The position numbers and the translations under genes are program-made. A DNA stretch of 46,523 nucleotides from Candidatus Nomurabacteria bacterium (GTDB taxonomy: Bacteria > Patescibacteriota > Minisyncoccia > Phycocordibacterales > UBA2100), in contig CALRFU010000002.1 in the NCBI GenBank assembly GCA_943356775.1, positions 1-46,523 of the forward strand, in the 5' to 3' direction. Shown here piece by piece: positions 27,188 through 36,988 of this stretch; the first letter of the stretch is position 1; the number at the start of each line of letters is the position of its first letter. The notes under the pieces are model-generated. The model had not been told where the DNA came from. It searched no databases and saw only the letters and a program-made list of their open reading frames with translations.

Positions 27188-28081
27188 TTACAGGACAAAA
27201 AGTATTGCGAGTCCGAGCACGACGCACACTATTCCCGCCAACTTATGCCACAGGCCTTTCGGGTTCATTTCGCCACGCAGCACGGCGGGAAACCAACCGG
27301 AAAGAAAGTACGCAATAACAAGCAGAAATACAAACTGAAGCCCTGCGAAGGCCTGCACGATGGAGACACTCCCGAGACTGATGGCAAAAAGCGTCAGCAC
27401 TCCCGCAATACCGCCGAGGGTTTTATTCGCGATGACGAGCCCCTTTGTCCCGGACGACGAGCCGCTGTAGCCGGAGAATATTGCGCTGCGGTTTGCGGGG
27501 ATGACGAGAAGTAAAAGGGCGCCGACGACATTCGTCATACGCGACCAGAAAAATCCGTCGAGAAAGCTTGTCTCGAGAAATATGAGCTTGGTGAGAAAAG
27601 CGGTGACGCCGAAGAAGATGCCCGAGAATACAACGAGAAATTTCTGACGCGTCGTAAGGCGGAAGTGCGAAATGAGGAGCATGCCCAACACCATCAAACC
27701 GAAAGCCGGAATGAAAGCAGGGGGCAAGTCTTGGTGGAGCCACTGCGATGCGCAGACTGCTGTCGCGACCGCGCTGACACCGCCGACGACGGGCATGATA
27801 TCCGAGGCGTGCCCTTCTTTGAGTGCGGTATACAAAAGCACGATTGAACTGATGAACGTGACCGACGACACAAATGAGAGGAGAAGGACGGTAGCGGACG
27901 GAAGCGAGACCAGCCCGAACGGCACGAGGACAAGGACAAATCCCGAGAGAATGCTGATATAAAAGGCGTACACGATTGGCTTGCCCACGTGTGATTTGCT
28001 CACGAGCACGTACTTGTCTATGAAAATAATCCCCGCTGAAATGAACTGAGCAAGAGCCGCAAGCACAATCCACAAAACCAT
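27188..28081 (-). CDS. EamA/DMT family transporter
   Basis: About ten hydrophobic helices in two repeats, IDKY motif. Confidence 0.8.
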   Translation of the reverse strand: MVLWIVLAALAQFISAGIIFIDKYVLVSKSHVGKPIVYAFYISILSGFVLVLVPFGLVSLPSATVLLLSFVSSVTFISSIVLLYTALKEGHASDIMPVVGGVSAVATAVCASQWLHQDLPPAFIPAFGLMVLGMLLISHFRLTTRQKFLVVFSGIFFGVTAFLTKLIFLETSFLDGFFWSRMTNVVGALLLLVIPANRSAIFSGYSGSSSGTKGLVIANKTLGGIAGVLTLFAISLGSVSIVQAFAGLQFVFLLVIAYFLSGWFPAVLRGEMNPKGLWHKLAGIVCVVLGLAILFVL

Positions 28082-28085
28082 GCGC

Positions 28086-29315
28086 TTAGTCTATCAGAGC
28101 GTTCCCCTCACAAATGCCTTTATACACGTACGCCGATTCCCTGATACGACGCTCCTGCGTAGAGTAATCAATCTCGACGAGTCCGAATCTCGGGCCAAAT
28201 CCGCTCGCCCACTCGTAATTATCAAGAAGCGACCAATACATATACCCGCGCACATCGACACCGTTTTCAATAGCAAAGTGGATGCACTTGACGGTCGAGC
28301 GTATGTATCCGGCGCGGATACGGTCTTCCGCATCGGCGACACCCGCTTCGCTTACGTAAACCGGTTTTTTGTAACGTTTGAGCATCATGAGAGCCGTGCA
28401 GATGCCTTCCGGAAACACATCCCAGTCCATATCGGTCTTGTCGTACACTCTCCTATCGCCGAATTTTTTATGCAGGTAGTAGTTGAGCCCTACCACATCA
28501 CACTTCGCAATCACGCGGCTCATAAAATAGTACGTCCAGAACCGATTCATCACCCACGCCAGAATCCAGTTGATTGGATTTGCGTTTGCTTGGTAGAGGA
28601 TGACCTGCTTCACGATGCCGACCTCGGCATCCGGACACATCTTCTTGATTGCATCGTACGCGGCGTTGTGCGCACGTACGAGACGATGCATCACCGAAAC
28701 ATAGCGGATGATATTTCCGAATCCAAGCTTTGACTGCGGATTGATAGTGCGGCCGGAGGTCGTTATCGACGCATATTCAATGCCCGGCCACTTTTTGAAA
28801 GGCGGCCACGTGCCACGTGCCCAGCCATTGGAAACAAATACCATAGGCTCGTTCATGGTTGAAAAATGAACGCACAAATCTTCGAGCTTCCCCGTCACGT
28901 ATGCGCAGTAACGTGCGAATATCCTTGGCGCATCCTCACGCTCAAAGCCTCCCGACCGGGAGAACCAAAGCGGGAGTGTGAAGTGCCAGATGGTAATAAA
29001 CGGCTCGAGGCCACGTGCCCGTAACGCCAGCAAGACCTTGCGATAGTGCTCTATCTCTCGCTCATCGAATCGGCCTTCGACTGGCTCAATGCGGGCCCAT
29101 TCGATAGAAAGTCGGTGGCAATTGTGTCCAAGAGATTTCGCAATATCAAAGTCTTCTTCATATCGCTCATAGTGCTCGCACGCACGACCGCAGGGCGGCA
29201 CCTTGCCCTCCCGAGCCGCTTCTGCCCAGTCATTATTTTCTATCCCACCTTCGACTTGATACGAGGCAGTCGCTGCCCCCCATTTGAATCCTGAGGGGAA
29301 TCTTTTCTCAGCCAT
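28086..29315 (-). CDS. Glycoside hydrolase family 1 (beta-glucosidase-like)
   Basis: FPSGFKWGAATASYQVEG, RLSIEWARIEP, TMNEP, VSEAG, YMYWSLLDNYEW..GF.PRFGL. Confidence 0.95.
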   Translation of the reverse strand: MAEKRFPSGFKWGAATASYQVEGGIENNDWAEAAREGKVPPCGRACEHYERYEEDFDIAKSLGHNCHRLSIEWARIEPVEGRFDEREIEHYRKVLLALRARGLEPFITIWHFTLPLWFSRSGGFEREDAPRIFARYCAYVTGKLEDLCVHFSTMNEPMVFVSNGWARGTWPPFKKWPGIEYASITTSGRTINPQSKLGFGNIIRYVSVMHRLVRAHNAAYDAIKKMCPDAEVGIVKQVILYQANANPINWILAWVMNRFWTYYFMSRVIAKCDVVGLNYYLHKKFGDRRVYDKTDMDWDVFPEGICTALMMLKRYKKPVYVSEAGVADAEDRIRAGYIRSTVKCIHFAIENGVDVRGYMYWSLLDNYEWASGFGPRFGLVEIDYSTQERRIRESAYVYKGICEGNALID

Positions 29316-29390
29316 TGGGTAATTCTACATCATGAGAGACGTCCCTTAAAAGAAGTACGACGAGCAAACTAACGGCACCTAGACCCGTCC

Positions 29391-30016
29391 TTACACCTCG
29401 AAACCTGGTGGTGTCGGAAGGAACGTAAACACACTCACACTGGTCGACGTCGCCGCATCGCCTGAAGCGTAGTACGCCGCGACCGCAAACGTAGTGGTCG
29501 CATTGTTTCCGAGCAAGAATCCCAATGAAGTGGCTGTCGTCGTTGCGTTGAATATACTATTTTTTTCTATCGCATACTGCGTCGCGCTCGATATTGCATT
29601 CCACTGCAAGTTGACTATCAATCCGGGGAAAGCGCAATATCCTCCCACCGGCACCAAACACTCTGCTAAGGACTTGGTAAAGGAGATTTTGGTATCTGAG
29701 GAGTTGGTGGAGATTGTGTAAAAGCACTCGCCGCGGCGGCACCCTGACTTGCCAAGTTTACCTTCGGAGCAGTTTGAAAGGCGCCGATCCCCTCTACCGT
29801 CGCGTTGACTTGCGCAGGGTCGGGTGGTGGCGGGAGATGTTCGCCGTTTACATTTTCAATCGTGAGTTTCTGCGAATGAATACGTGCAACGGTTTCTTCC
29901 GTCCTTTGATAATCTAATGCATGCGGGATGCTTTTAATAACGATAGCAATATAAAGGATGAGGACGGTGCCGAGCGGCCAGCGGACAATACGCCACGCGC
30001 GATGGGAGCGTTGCAT
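29391..30016 (-). pseudogene. Probable chimeric or frameshifted exported-protein remnant (TM + LPPxPD segment joined to an FN3-like beta-rich fragment)
   Basis: ORF 29666-30016 and a second frame ending at 29391 overlap; that second frame is open through about 29720 (TISTNSSDTKISFTKSLAECLVP...NLQWNAISSATQY). Confidence 0.45.
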
Positions 30017-30048
30017 AATCTATTATAGTACAGCCGCGGGAGGAGAGC

Positions 30049-31791
30049 CTAGCCGAATGTGAAGGTGTAGGCTTCGAGACCTGAATTCTCTACTTCGATT
30101 TCGATTGTATGCTCCCCATAGTCAGCTCCGTTAATTAATTTGTAGAGTCTATCTTCTCGAATAGTAGCTTCGCCGTTTCTGTCGACATCCGCTCCCCTTT
30201 CATCTCCCAGAGTCTTGCCGCCATCGCGCGTCACTCTTATCTTGATGGGCTTATCGGATGCGGCGACGAAATAGACATTCTTGGCATCGTAGCGAAATTG
30301 TATCTGCGCTTTGACTGAGGTACTCTTCGCGTATTCTCCGGTAAAATTCCACACGCCGTCGAGATAGAGCATGTTGGGCTGGAGGTGTTCGGGGGTTTTT
30401 AATGTTTGTACTCCAGTAAGCCCTTGCGTGCCATTGCCGAGGTATTGATTACGCGACGCACCAAAATATGTTTCGGGACTATCCACGAGAGCCGCATTCA
30501 CCACAACGACTTCTGCAGGTTTTGTCTCCGGCACTGCTGACACCTCGACACCGAGCCGCAGGGCACGTTCGGCAAGCGCTTTTTTGATAGCCTCCTCCGT
30601 TTCTGCATAATTCCCTTCCCCAATGTGGTCGTAGACGATGTACCCATCAATATCGATAAGGTACTTACGCGGCCAATATTGATTGCCGAGCGCATTCCAC
30701 GTCTGATACTCATTGTCCAACACGACAGGATACTCGAGTCCAAAACCCGTGACCGCAGCTTGGACATTCGAGAGCACATGTTCAAAGGCGAATTCCGGCG
30801 TGTGTACACCAATAATCTCGAGACCGTTGGCAGAATATTTTTCGTACCACGCTTTGAGGTACGGCAGCGTGCGTTGGCAGTTGATGCACGAGTACGTCCA
30901 AATATCGAGAAGAACGACTTTCTTGCCGTTGAATTCTCGAATGGTGATAGGCTTCCCTCCGGTATTAATGTATCCATCGGGAGTTACCAATTCGGGCGCT
31001 TTCTTATACACAAGCGCCTTCGATTCCGACGTAAGCCCTGTCGATGTCCCTGATGTATTCACTGGAGTCCCCATCGGCGCCCCCAAAAGAATGTGCTCAT
31101 ACTTTGTCGCATCAAATCCCCTCTCTAGAAGCCATGCTTCGACGCGTGCCGACACTCCAGTCGCAACACCGAGTCCGACAATAATAAAAAGAATGCCGAT
31201 GGTTTTCCGGAACCAACCACCCGGCTCGATCGTCACACCCAGTCGGTCAACCAACCGTTGCCCCGCGAGCGCAATGATGAAAAGAAAGCCCGAGAGTCCG
31301 ACCGCATACGCGAGGAGATCGAGGAATCCCATGAAAAAACTCGCGGGCAATACGGTCGCAAGGATGACAAAGTACGTCGGAGAGCAACTTGCGAAGACCG
31401 GTCCGAGTGCGGCACCCATGAGCATGTCGCCCCAGAGAGAATTGCGTTGGTAACCGACTGCGAGTGCTTTATTCGAACTTCGATTCAGGAGATTCACAAA
31501 ACCAAGCGAATCCCACAGACGCGGAAATATCATTACAAGACCAAATAGGATAAGGATGCCGCCCGAAAACCATTGCCAAAACGATTGCGGCACGTTGATG
31601 AAGGCTGTACTCGCCTTGAGAAGCAGCGTGAAGACAATGACCGAGCCACCGAGCGAGATACAGATGACATAAGCGCGTCGCAAGCTGCCCGTCGTCAAAG
31701 AGCCGCCCACGATGACAGGCAAGAGCGGTAGCACGCACGGGGCTAATACAGTGAGCACGCCGGCGACAAATGAGATGAGGAACAGAATCAC
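30049..31791 (-). CDS. dipZ: DipZ-like protein (CcdA membrane domain + thioredoxin domain + C-terminal domain)
   Basis: AGVLTVLAPCVLPLLP, WTYSCINCQRTLP, GVHTPEFAFE, NQYWP, GEGNY, SPETYFG, AYTFTFG. Confidence 0.92.
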   Translation of the reverse strand: MILFLISFVAGVLTVLAPCVLPLLPVIVGGSLTTGSLRRAYVICISLGGSVIVFTLLLKASTAFINVPQSFWQWFSGGILILFGLVMIFPRLWDSLGFVNLLNRSSNKALAVGYQRNSLWGDMLMGAALGPVFASCSPTYFVILATVLPASFFMGFLDLLAYAVGLSGFLFIIALAGQRLVDRLGVTIEPGGWFRKTIGILFIIVGLGVATGVSARVEAWLLERGFDATKYEHILLGAPMGTPVNTSGTSTGLTSESKALVYKKAPELVTPDGYINTGGKPITIREFNGKKVVLLDIWTYSCINCQRTLPYLKAWYEKYSANGLEIIGVHTPEFAFEHVLSNVQAAVTGFGLEYPVVLDNEYQTWNALGNQYWPRKYLIDIDGYIVYDHIGEGNYAETEEAIKKALAERALRLGVEVSAVPETKPAEVVVVNAALVDSPETYFGASRNQYLGNGTQGLTGVQTLKTPEHLQPNMLYLDGVWNFTGEYAKSTSVKAQIQFRYDAKNVYFVAASDKPIKIRVTRDGGKTLGDERGADVDRNGEATIREDRLYKLINGADYGEHTIEIEVENSGLEAYTFTFG

Positions 31792-31920
31792 AGCACTATT
31801 ATGCCACGCCCTGTGTTTCTCATGTAAACCATTTCCCTAGAGCTTGTAAGATTGACTAAAGTCATAAATAAGGTACAAACACTCTACACAACGCAATCAG
31901 AAGCCAAGGAGGACTCAGCG

Positions 31921-32226
31921 ATGATCGCGACCGTGCATGCTCTTAAACTGAAACGCCCATCAGGGTACCAGCCGCTTCTGTTCTCGGAAATCGAGCAGGT
32001 GGTCGCCGGGGCGTTTAACGCAGGCGACGGCGCTCGAGTCGAAGCCGCTGCCGACGCTTGGACAAACGAAGTCACCAAAAATACAGAGCTTCACCCCGTG
32101 CGTTACCGCATTCTGCGCGGTTGGGCACGGAACGTCCTCGCCCGAAATGCCGAACGAGGCACAAGCCCAATAAGCGTTATAGCGGAGCTTCGAGACCTTC
32201 TCAAAAGTCCGTGCTGGAAATTCTAG
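31921..32226 (+). CDS. Hypothetical protein
   Basis: 101-aa ORF with AAGGAGG SD, upstream TTGACT and a downstream hairpin. Confidence 0.6.
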   Translation: MIATVHALKLKRPSGYQPLLFSEIEQVVAGAFNAGDGARVEAAADAWTNEVTKNTELHPVRYRILRGWARNVLARNAERGTSPISVIAELRDLLKSPCWKF

Positions 32227-32251
32227 ACTCGGACAACCCCACCTAGCGCAG

Positions 32252-32288
32252 AGGGCCGCCCCCAAAAGGACGGCCTTCTCTATTTTTA
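32252..32288 (+). terminator. Terminator of the 31921-32226 gene
   Basis: AGGGCCG...CGGCCTT stem then T-rich tract. Confidence 0.5.
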
Positions 32289-32304
32289 CTGCTATAATCC
32301 CACC

Positions 32305-33954
32305 ATGAATCTACGCGAAGAACTCGCGCACGTCGTACAAGGCGACGTGAGCGACGATTTGAAATTGCGCACGCAATACAGCCGCGACACGAGTATTTTT
32401 GAGCGCATGCCTGCGGTCGTCGTTTTTCCGAAAAATGCTGAAGATGTCGTTGCGGTCGTCAAATACGTGAACGAAGCAAAAAAGAAAGGGCAGAATCTTT
32501 CTATCGCGCCACGCTCTGCCGGTACCTGCATGGTTGGCGGACCCTTGACCGACTCGATTGCGCTCGTCTTTTCGAAATACATGAATCGCATCGGGGAAAT
32601 CGGACTGGACTATGCCGAGAGCGAACCGGGCGCCTACTACCGTGATTTTGAGAAAGCGACGCTCAGAAAGCGTGGAATGATTATGCCTTCCTATCCTGCT
32701 TCGCGCGAGATTTGTGCTATCGGTGGGATGATCTCAAACAATTCTGGCGGCGAACTTACCCTTCACTACGGTAAGACAGAAAAGTACGTGCGCGGACTTG
32801 ATGTGGTTCTCGCCGACGGCAGTCAGGTTGTTCTGAAGCCCCTCACAATGAGCGAAGTGACTATAAAAGAAGCGCAACAAAATCTGGAGGGAAAAATCTA
32901 CCGTGAAATCAATGCGCTCATAAAAACTCACGCGATCGAGATAGAGGCTGCACGACCGAATGTCACCAAAAATTCTGCTGGCTATGCGCTGTGGAATGTA
33001 TTCGACAAAAAACACAATACGTTTGACCTCACACAGCTCATCGTCGGCTCTCAGGGAACGCTTGGACTGGTTACAAAAGCTAAACTCGGTCTTGTGAAGA
33101 CTAAAGAGCACCGCGCGATGCTCGTAGTATTTCTTTCCGATATCGGAATACTCCCCGAGATCGTGCATCGTGTCCTAAAATTAGACCCCGAATCCTTTGA
33201 ATCCTACGACGACCAGACGTTCAAGCTCGCCGTCCGATTCATTCCTCAAATCATCGGACACTTCGGTATCATGCAAATGATACGGCTCGGACTCGCATTC
33301 ATTCCAGAAATGTGGCTGGTCTTGACTGGCGGTGTACCCAAGCTCGTCCTGATGGCAGAATTCGCAGAAGACACCGCCGACGCAGCACTCGAAAAGGCGG
33401 AAGATGCGCGAGACGCGCTCGACGGCCTCGCGGTACGGACGAAGATTGCCCGCTCAGAAGCGGCAGCCAAGAAATATTGGACTATCCGGCGCGAAAGCTT
33501 CGCACTCCTCCGCAAAAATCTCAAAGGGCTCTACGCCGCTCCGTTTATCGACGATATTGTGGTACATCCCGATGATTACCCAAGATTTTTGCCTGAACTG
33601 ACCACCATGCTCTCGCAGCATCATCTCCTCTATACAATAGCTGGACACATCGGCGACGCCAATTTCCACATCATTCCATTGATGAATTTGGGCGATCCAA
33701 AAATGCGCCGCGAGATACTCGAGCTCTCTCCTAAGGTCTACCAGCTTGTCGCCAAGTATCACGGCTCTATCACGGGCGAACACAACGACGGCATCATCCG
33801 CACGCCGTATCTGCCGCTCATGTATGGAGACAAAATGTGTGCGCTCTTCGCGGAAGTGAAAAAGATATTCGATCCGCTGAATATCCTTAACCCGGGGAAA
33901 AAAGTGGGTGGTACGATAGAAGACGTAGAAAAATATATGATACGACGTGGTTAG
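32305..33954 (+). CDS. FAD-linked oxidoreductase (GlcD/D-lactate dehydrogenase-like, VAO/PCMH family)
   Basis: P.VVVFP, PRSAGT, IGGMISNNSGG, GSQGTLG, GHIGDANFH, GEHNDG, FDPLNILNPGK. Confidence 0.9.
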   Translation: MNLREELAHVVQGDVSDDLKLRTQYSRDTSIFERMPAVVVFPKNAEDVVAVVKYVNEAKKKGQNLSIAPRSAGTCMVGGPLTDSIALVFSKYMNRIGEIGLDYAESEPGAYYRDFEKATLRKRGMIMPSYPASREICAIGGMISNNSGGELTLHYGKTEKYVRGLDVVLADGSQVVLKPLTMSEVTIKEAQQNLEGKIYREINALIKTHAIEIEAARPNVTKNSAGYALWNVFDKKHNTFDLTQLIVGSQGTLGLVTKAKLGLVKTKEHRAMLVVFLSDIGILPEIVHRVLKLDPESFESYDDQTFKLAVRFIPQIIGHFGIMQMIRLGLAFIPEMWLVLTGGVPKLVLMAEFAEDTADAALEKAEDARDALDGLAVRTKIARSEAAAKKYWTIRRESFALLRKNLKGLYAAPFIDDIVVHPDDYPRFLPELTTMLSQHHLLYTIAGHIGDANFHIIPLMNLGDPKMRREILELSPKVYQLVAKYHGSITGEHNDGIIRTPYLPLMYGDKMCALFAEVKKIFDPLNILNPGKKVGGTIEDVEKYMIRRG

Positions 33955-34984
33955 AAAATTCCTCGTCATTTGTACGGGAATTATCGCACTCCTTCCTAGA
34001 TTCACTTTTGCCCACGAGGTGTACGCGCTTGACGCAGCGTCAATATACCGCGCGATGCACACAGCGTCTCCCAATCCCTTCTCAGCTATTGCTGGCAACG
34101 AGTCTGATTTCTTTTTCTGGGGCTTCGTGTCATTCGTGACTGTCTCGACCATTTTGTGCGCCTCTCTATTCCGCGTATTCGAAAGAACCCTTGATCCGTT
34201 TCTTTCCTATCTCAAGCGCTGGGCTCACCCCCTCGTGAGAATTACTGTAGGAGCCTGCCTTATATCATTCGGCCTCGCGGGAGAACTGTACGGTACCGAA
34301 ATCAGTTTCGGGAGCCTCTTCGGCGCTTTGAGTCTCACCATGCAAGGGCTCTTCATCCTGGGCGGTGCCGCGACCATCGCGGGAATATATGTCCGGACTG
34401 CCGCAGTTTTCTCGATTGCGGTATACGCCTACGCCGCGAGCGTGCTCGGATGGTACGTCCTCACGTACACCGACCACTTGGGCGCTTCTCTCTTACTCCT
34501 CGTCCTGGGAGCCGGTTCGTGGTCACTTGAAAATCTTCTGCACAGAGGGCACCTCTCCCATTCTATGCGGTCATACCTCCAACCCTTTGTCCCGCTCGCG
34601 TTCCCCGCCATGCGCATGCTTTTTGGTTTTGGAATTATGTTTGCAGCCGTATACGCAAAATTCTTTCACAGCCAACTCGCGCTCGACGTTGTGAATCAAT
34701 ACAATCTCACTACATACTTCCCCTTTGAACCTCTTTTCATCGTGCTCGGCGCGCTCATTATCGAATTCCTTGTGGGGTTGATGATGTTCCTGGGCGTCGA
34801 AATTCGCTGGACAGGGCTTTTCCTCCTTTTCTGGCTCACGCTCTCACTGCTCTACTTCCAGGAAGCGGTATGGCCGCACATCATACTCTTCGGCCTCGGA
34901 ATTGCCGTTTTCTTTCACGGAAACGACCGGCACTCACTCGAAGGTCGACTATTCAAGCGACACGGTATTGAGCCGACTTCCTAA
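33947..34984 (+). CDS. DoxX-like multi-pass membrane protein
   Basis: AHEVY after a signal-like segment, repeated R..G...(K) and E..G..L..G..R helices. Confidence 0.65.
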   Translation: MVRKFLVICTGIIALLPRFTFAHEVYALDAASIYRAMHTASPNPFSAIAGNESDFFFWGFVSFVTVSTILCASLFRVFERTLDPFLSYLKRWAHPLVRITVGACLISFGLAGELYGTEISFGSLFGALSLTMQGLFILGGAATIAGIYVRTAAVFSIAVYAYAASVLGWYVLTYTDHLGASLLLLVLGAGSWSLENLLHRGHLSHSMRSYLQPFVPLAFPAMRMLFGFGIMFAAVYAKFFHSQLALDVVNQYNLTTYFPFEPLFIVLGALIIEFLVGLMMFLGVEIRWTGLFLLFWLTLSLLYFQEAVWPHIILFGLGIAVFFHGNDRHSLEGRLFKRHGIEPTS

Positions 34985-35517
34985 ACTGCTCGTTTTCTGA
35001 CAAACAACATCAGCACGATAAGAAAACCAAAGAGTGTCGCGGCCATAAAGGGAAACGTGATGTAGCCGAATTCAAACATAAGACGCTGCGCACAATCACC
35101 TGCTCCGGTTGCCGGACAGGGAATGAGGGCACTGCCTCCCATTTGCAAATAATGCTGGTAGAGAGCTGCAGCGGCTCCAAAGATAGAAAACGCAATAGAA
35201 TAATCTGCAGCGCTGCGGTCACGTTTGTAGAGAGCGAGCGCAAACAAAACAACCTGCGGCCACAAAAATACCCGCTGCACCCAGCACCAGCCGCACGGCA
35301 CAAATCCGAGCACTTCAGAGTAATACAGAGTCATGGCGGTGGCTCCAAGTGTAAGGAACAGACCGACCCATATTCCCCAACGACTTAAAAGACCGGCAAT
35401 ATCCCGCAAATCAGCAAACCGTTTCTGCAAAAAATACAAAGCGAGAAATCCGGCGCCTGCGACCTGCATCGCAAGTGTACCGACAGCGAGTAGGTAATTG
35501 AGTGTTTCAACCGGCAT
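34981..35517 (-). CDS. dsbB: Disulfide bond formation protein DsbB/BdbC
   Basis: YYSEVLGFVPCGWCWVQR, second Cys pair PC...DC, FGYITFPFM. Confidence 0.9.
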   Translation of the reverse strand: MPVETLNYLLAVGTLAMQVAGAGFLALYFLQKRFADLRDIAGLLSRWGIWVGLFLTLGATAMTLYYSEVLGFVPCGWCWVQRVFLWPQVVLFALALYKRDRSAADYSIAFSIFGAAAALYQHYLQMGGSALIPCPATGAGDCAQRLMFEFGYITFPFMAATLFGFLIVLMLFVRKRAV

Positions 35518-35523
35518 GGTTAC

Positions 35524-35901
35524 TTACGGAAGCGTGCATCCGCTCGCGGTCGAGAGTGCTTGAAGCGATTGCTCGCCGCTGAGCGTAGTTGTGCTGTTCG
35601 CGAATGTCCATGTCGGATATCCTTCGATTTTCTTTTCTTTACAGATAGGAAGCTGTTCTTTACCGTCCGGAGTCGAACACTCAACGTACGGCAAAAGACG
35701 TGCGGCACTACCGAACATCCTCTTCGTCGCCTGGCAGTGCGGACACCAGAAGGCACCATAGAACACGGCGCCTTTATCCTTCAAACACTGTGCGAAGCCG
35801 TCGAGCTTGCTCGGAGTAGCGCGTATAAAGAAAGACGAACCGATACCCGCAACGATAATAGCGATGATAACGAGCCAGAATATGAGTACCCCCCTTTTCA
35901 T
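35524..35901 (-). CDS. Membrane-anchored thioredoxin-like protein (CPHC)
   Basis: FAQCL..KG..FYGAFWCPHC...K..FG, YVEC, GYPTW, LSGEQ. Confidence 0.88.
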   Translation of the reverse strand: MKRGVLIFWLVIIAIIVAGIGSSFFIRATPSKLDGFAQCLKDKGAVFYGAFWCPHCQATKRMFGSAARLLPYVECSTPDGKEQLPICKEKKIEGYPTWTFANSTTTLSGEQSLQALSTASGCTLP

Positions 35902-35963
35902 GCACGCATGATACCGCTCGCCGAAAGAAATGCCAAACATGCGACGTCTGATAGAATGGCTCC

Positions 35964-36479
35964 ATGACAAACCCGATACTCGAAGTTGAGAAAGCGTTAC
36001 ACGTTGAGGATGTGGACCGCGCATTTCTGCTCAAGGTTGTGCAACCATCACTGGTGGGGCTCATCGACGGATCCATCTCGACACTCGCACCGCTCTTCGC
36101 AGCGGCCTTTGCAAGTCACAATTCGCATATCACCTTTCTCGTAGGCACGGCGGCGGCTATCGGCGCGGCTATCTCGATGGCCTTCGCAGAGGGACTTTCG
36201 GACACGGGAGAACATACGGGACGAGGTCACCCCGCAATACGCGGCTCTATTGTCGGCGCCGCAACGTTTATCGGAGGTATTTTCCATACCCTCCCGTTCC
36301 TTCTCACCAACCTGACTGCCGCCCTCTATCTCGCCTATATAATCGTTGCTGTGGAACTACTTGCGATAGGCTATATTCGCTATCGGTATTTCAAAATGGG
36401 TTTTTGGTCGTCTGTAGGACAAGTGGTTTTCGGCGGGGCGCTCGTCTTCCTCGCAGGCATCCTTATCGGGAGTGCTTGA
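35964..36479 (+). CDS. VIT1/CCC1 family transporter (MbfA membrane-domain-like)
   Basis: VQPSLVGLIDGSISTLAPLFAAA, ISMAFAEGLSD.G..TGRG, GGIFHTLPFL. Confidence 0.88.
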   Translation: MTNPILEVEKALHVEDVDRAFLLKVVQPSLVGLIDGSISTLAPLFAAAFASHNSHITFLVGTAAAIGAAISMAFAEGLSDTGEHTGRGHPAIRGSIVGAATFIGGIFHTLPFLLTNLTAALYLAYIIVAVELLAIGYIRYRYFKMGFWSSVGQVVFGGALVFLAGILIGSA

Positions 36480-36480
36480 T

Positions 36481-36545
36481 TTCAATAATTCAATCCAATT
36501 GAATTGCTGAAATCACGTCGCGCGTATCCAATACGTGCGACGTGA
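36481..36545. repeat. Twin hairpins sharing an AT-CCA-AT apex between convergent genes
   Basis: AATTCAAT-CCA-ATTGAATT and TCACGTCGCGCGTAT-CCA-ATACGTGCGACGTGA. Confidence 0.55.
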
Positions 36546-36563
36546 ACAGATTCACCATTCCCA

Positions 36564-36965
36564 CTACAGATGTTTCGCCGCGCCACACTTACACCCAACG
36601 GGACGGATAAACTCGTCAAAGTACTCGGTATCGTAATCAATTGTTAATTCTTCTCCCTTTTTTATATCCCGTACCGCAATAATGAGAATCTTTCCATCGG
36701 AAATTTCTGCCTCCGTATTTGGATTGCATGAATGGTTGATATACCGTGCGGTATTTGAACGCGGTGAACCGTCAATCGTCCACTCCTCATCAATCTCGAA
36801 GAGATACCGGGCATGTTTCATGTAGTCGGCAGCGTCCGTGGAAATCTTCTTTCCCGTATATTCAAGAATGAACTCACCCCTCTTGATATCGCACAGTGCA
36901 AAAAGACCCTGCCCCATCCCCGGGGAGGACCTGCGTACCCTAAAACGTGCATCTATCGTTTTCAT
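36564..36965 (-). CDS. SET domain protein (lysine methyltransferase family)
   Basis: GQGLFA..DI..GE.I.EY.G, ARYINHSCNPN, I..GEELTIDY, post-SET CKCG. Confidence 0.93.
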   Translation of the reverse strand: MKTIDARFRVRRSSPGMGQGLFALCDIKRGEFILEYTGKKISTDAADYMKHARYLFEIDEEWTIDGSPRSNTARYINHSCNPNTEAEISDGKILIIAVRDIKKGEELTIDYDTEYFDEFIRPVGCKCGAAKHL

Positions 36966-36988
36966 GGAGGCCAAGTATAATACAGTGC

